This document shows positions 62,314 through 64,000 of a stretch of 64,000 nucleotides of DNA, one piece after another. The stretch is taken from NCBI GenBank assembly GCA_002189035.1, contig NEEC01000018.1, positions 248,001 to 312,000 on the forward strand, given 5' to 3'. The notes beneath the pieces are model-generated. The model saw only the letters and a program-made list of their open reading frames with translations. It did no database searches and was not told the origin of the DNA. Numbering within the stretch: the first letter of the stretch is position 1; every line of letters begins with the position of its first letter. A program made the position numbers and the translations under genes. The stretch comes from Utricularia gibba. Its lineage: Eukaryota; Plantae; Magnoliophyta.

Positions 62314-63697
62314 ATGGGTCGATCGCCGTGCTGCGAGAAAGTGGGTTTGAAGAAAGGGCCATGGACGCCTGAGGAAGACCAGAAGCTTCTTGCTTACATT
62401 GAAGAACACGGCCATGGAAGCTGGCGAGCCTTGCCGGAAAAAGCTGGTGTGCACTCATTTACCTCTTCCGGTGCATTGAAGACATTTTTATGGATGCCTA
62501 ACTGCTTCTTGGTGTAGGGCTCCAAAGATGCGGTAAAAGCTGCAGATTGAGATGGACGAACTACTTGAGACCTGATATTAAAAGGGGCAAATTCAGTTTA
62601 CAGGAAGAACAGACCATCATTCAGCTTCACGCTCTTCTTGGGAACAGGTGAAAATTTGTAGTTTTATTTGGGTTAAATTGCCTTTCCTTGATTGACTGGG
62701 GATACAACAAAATTGGAATAACGCAATGCAGTTACATTGAGTTTTTTTTTTTTTTTTGTTTCGTTTGCAGGTGGTCAGCCATAGCCACCCATCTTCCTAA
62801 AAGAACAGACAATGAGATCAAGAACTACTGGAATACTCATCTCAAGAAGAGATTGACGAAAATGGGGATCGATCCTGTAACCCACAAGCCCATGAATGAT
62901 GCGCTTTTGTCGAGCGATGGGCAAGCCAAAAATGCTGCAAATCTGAGTCACATGGCGCAGTGGGAGAGCGCCCGTCTCGAAGCTGAAGCCAGATTGGTTC
63001 GTCAATCCAAGCTCCGTTCCGCCGGATCCACTTCTTCCCAGGTTCCATTGTCAATTAATTATGTTCTCTGAAAAGAAAAAGGAAATTTTTTGGTGTTTAA
63101 TCGAAGAGAAATTTGTGGATTCAGACCCAGAATTCGGAAATGGTCTCGTCTTCAAGCCAATTGCAGAAGCCTGTTGAGCCAATGCCGTGTCTCGATGTGC
63201 TGAAGGTTTGGAGTAATGGGGTCTGGGCGAAAGCGGGTGCCGTCAATGGCGGCTCTACGGCAGTGGGTGAAGTGGAATCACCGACATCGACTCTGACCTC
63301 TGCCACGAGGGCAGGGGACGGCGGAGCGACGAAGGAAAAATCCGGGAACTGGAAACACTTGCCGGAGTTCAAATCCGGGGGGCCGAATCCAGTAGCGCTC
63401 CAGGCATTTCAGGAAGCTTCGCCGACATTCACGGCGGCGGCGGTCTGGCCGCCTGGATCTGTCAGATCGAGTCCGTCGGAGAACGGTGGTCCTTATCCCA
63501 ACTTCGTGGAGAAGTTCACCGACCTGCTACTTAGCACCTCCCCCGGAGAACGGTGCATCGGCGACGAATGCCTGGAGTCGGAGAATGTCAGCGGCAGTGG
63601 GGGCGGGGGCGGCCATTATTTTGAAGACAGTAAGAACTACTGGAATAGCATTCTGAATCTGGTGAATTCGTCGCCGTCCGACTCACCCATCTTCTGA
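62314..63697 (+). CDS. MIXTA-like: R2R3-MYB subgroup 9 (MIXTA/MYB16/MYB106-like); exons 62314-62446, 62518-62647, 62771-63041 and 63125 (or 63131)-63697
   Basis: [41 protein letters not shown], canonical 133/130-bp first exons, subgroup 9 motif [20 protein letters not shown], and C-terminal [24 protein letters not shown]. Confidence 0.95.
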
Positions 63698-64000
63698 AGG
63701 AGGAGAATCAAGACCAAGAATGCCCATGCTTTCATGTGATTATTATTGATGATTAGCTTTTCTAAGTTACGTCAAAATACACGAAATTTAGAAAACTCAA
63801 TCCTCAATTCTTCCATTCATGCACAATTATCATTCATCTCTCCATTATTTTTGGTGCTACAAAATTTGTAAGGAATTGTTTCTAGTAAATTCCTATTCAT
63901 TACTGTAATTTCCCTACTCTCAAGTTCTTGTTCCAAAACATACGAAATACATATTCTCTTAATAAAATAATGCACTACCAATTATGAAGTGTTTCTCCGT

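Overview
AT-rich plant (eudicot) nuclear DNA; no prokaryotic features, rRNA or tRNA genes were recognised. It holds six recognisable protein-coding genes: a TBL O-acetyltransferase (9403-11412 +), a plant calmodulin-binding-domain protein (14918-16657 -), a CNGC2/DND1-type channel (19951-22443 +), a 16-exon UFD2/MUSE3 U-box E4 ligase (24914-30003 +), a saccharopine-dehydrogenase-like oxidoreductase (30218-31637 -) and a MIXTA-type R2R3-MYB (62314-63697 +). There are also two gene relics: a membrane-anchored receptor-like cytoplasmic kinase and an FCP1/NIF-domain fragment. The rest is mostly nested, decayed transposons: Athila-like LTR families, an Angela-like copia LTR, other gypsy/copia remnants, hAT, PIF/Harbinger, Mutator, MITEs and a tandem TRIM. 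Five solo LTRs keep perfect 5-bp target-site duplications. The most notable observation is the CNGC2-like gene, which has an atypical GNE pore triplet, a shortened extracellular loop and an in-frame TAG just before a conserved C-terminal tail. TBL and UFD2 each carry a single-base homopolymer frameshift that may be an assembly error. All family assignments come from motif recognition by eye and recalled homologs; no database search was run. I found no evidence for a wholly new biological system.
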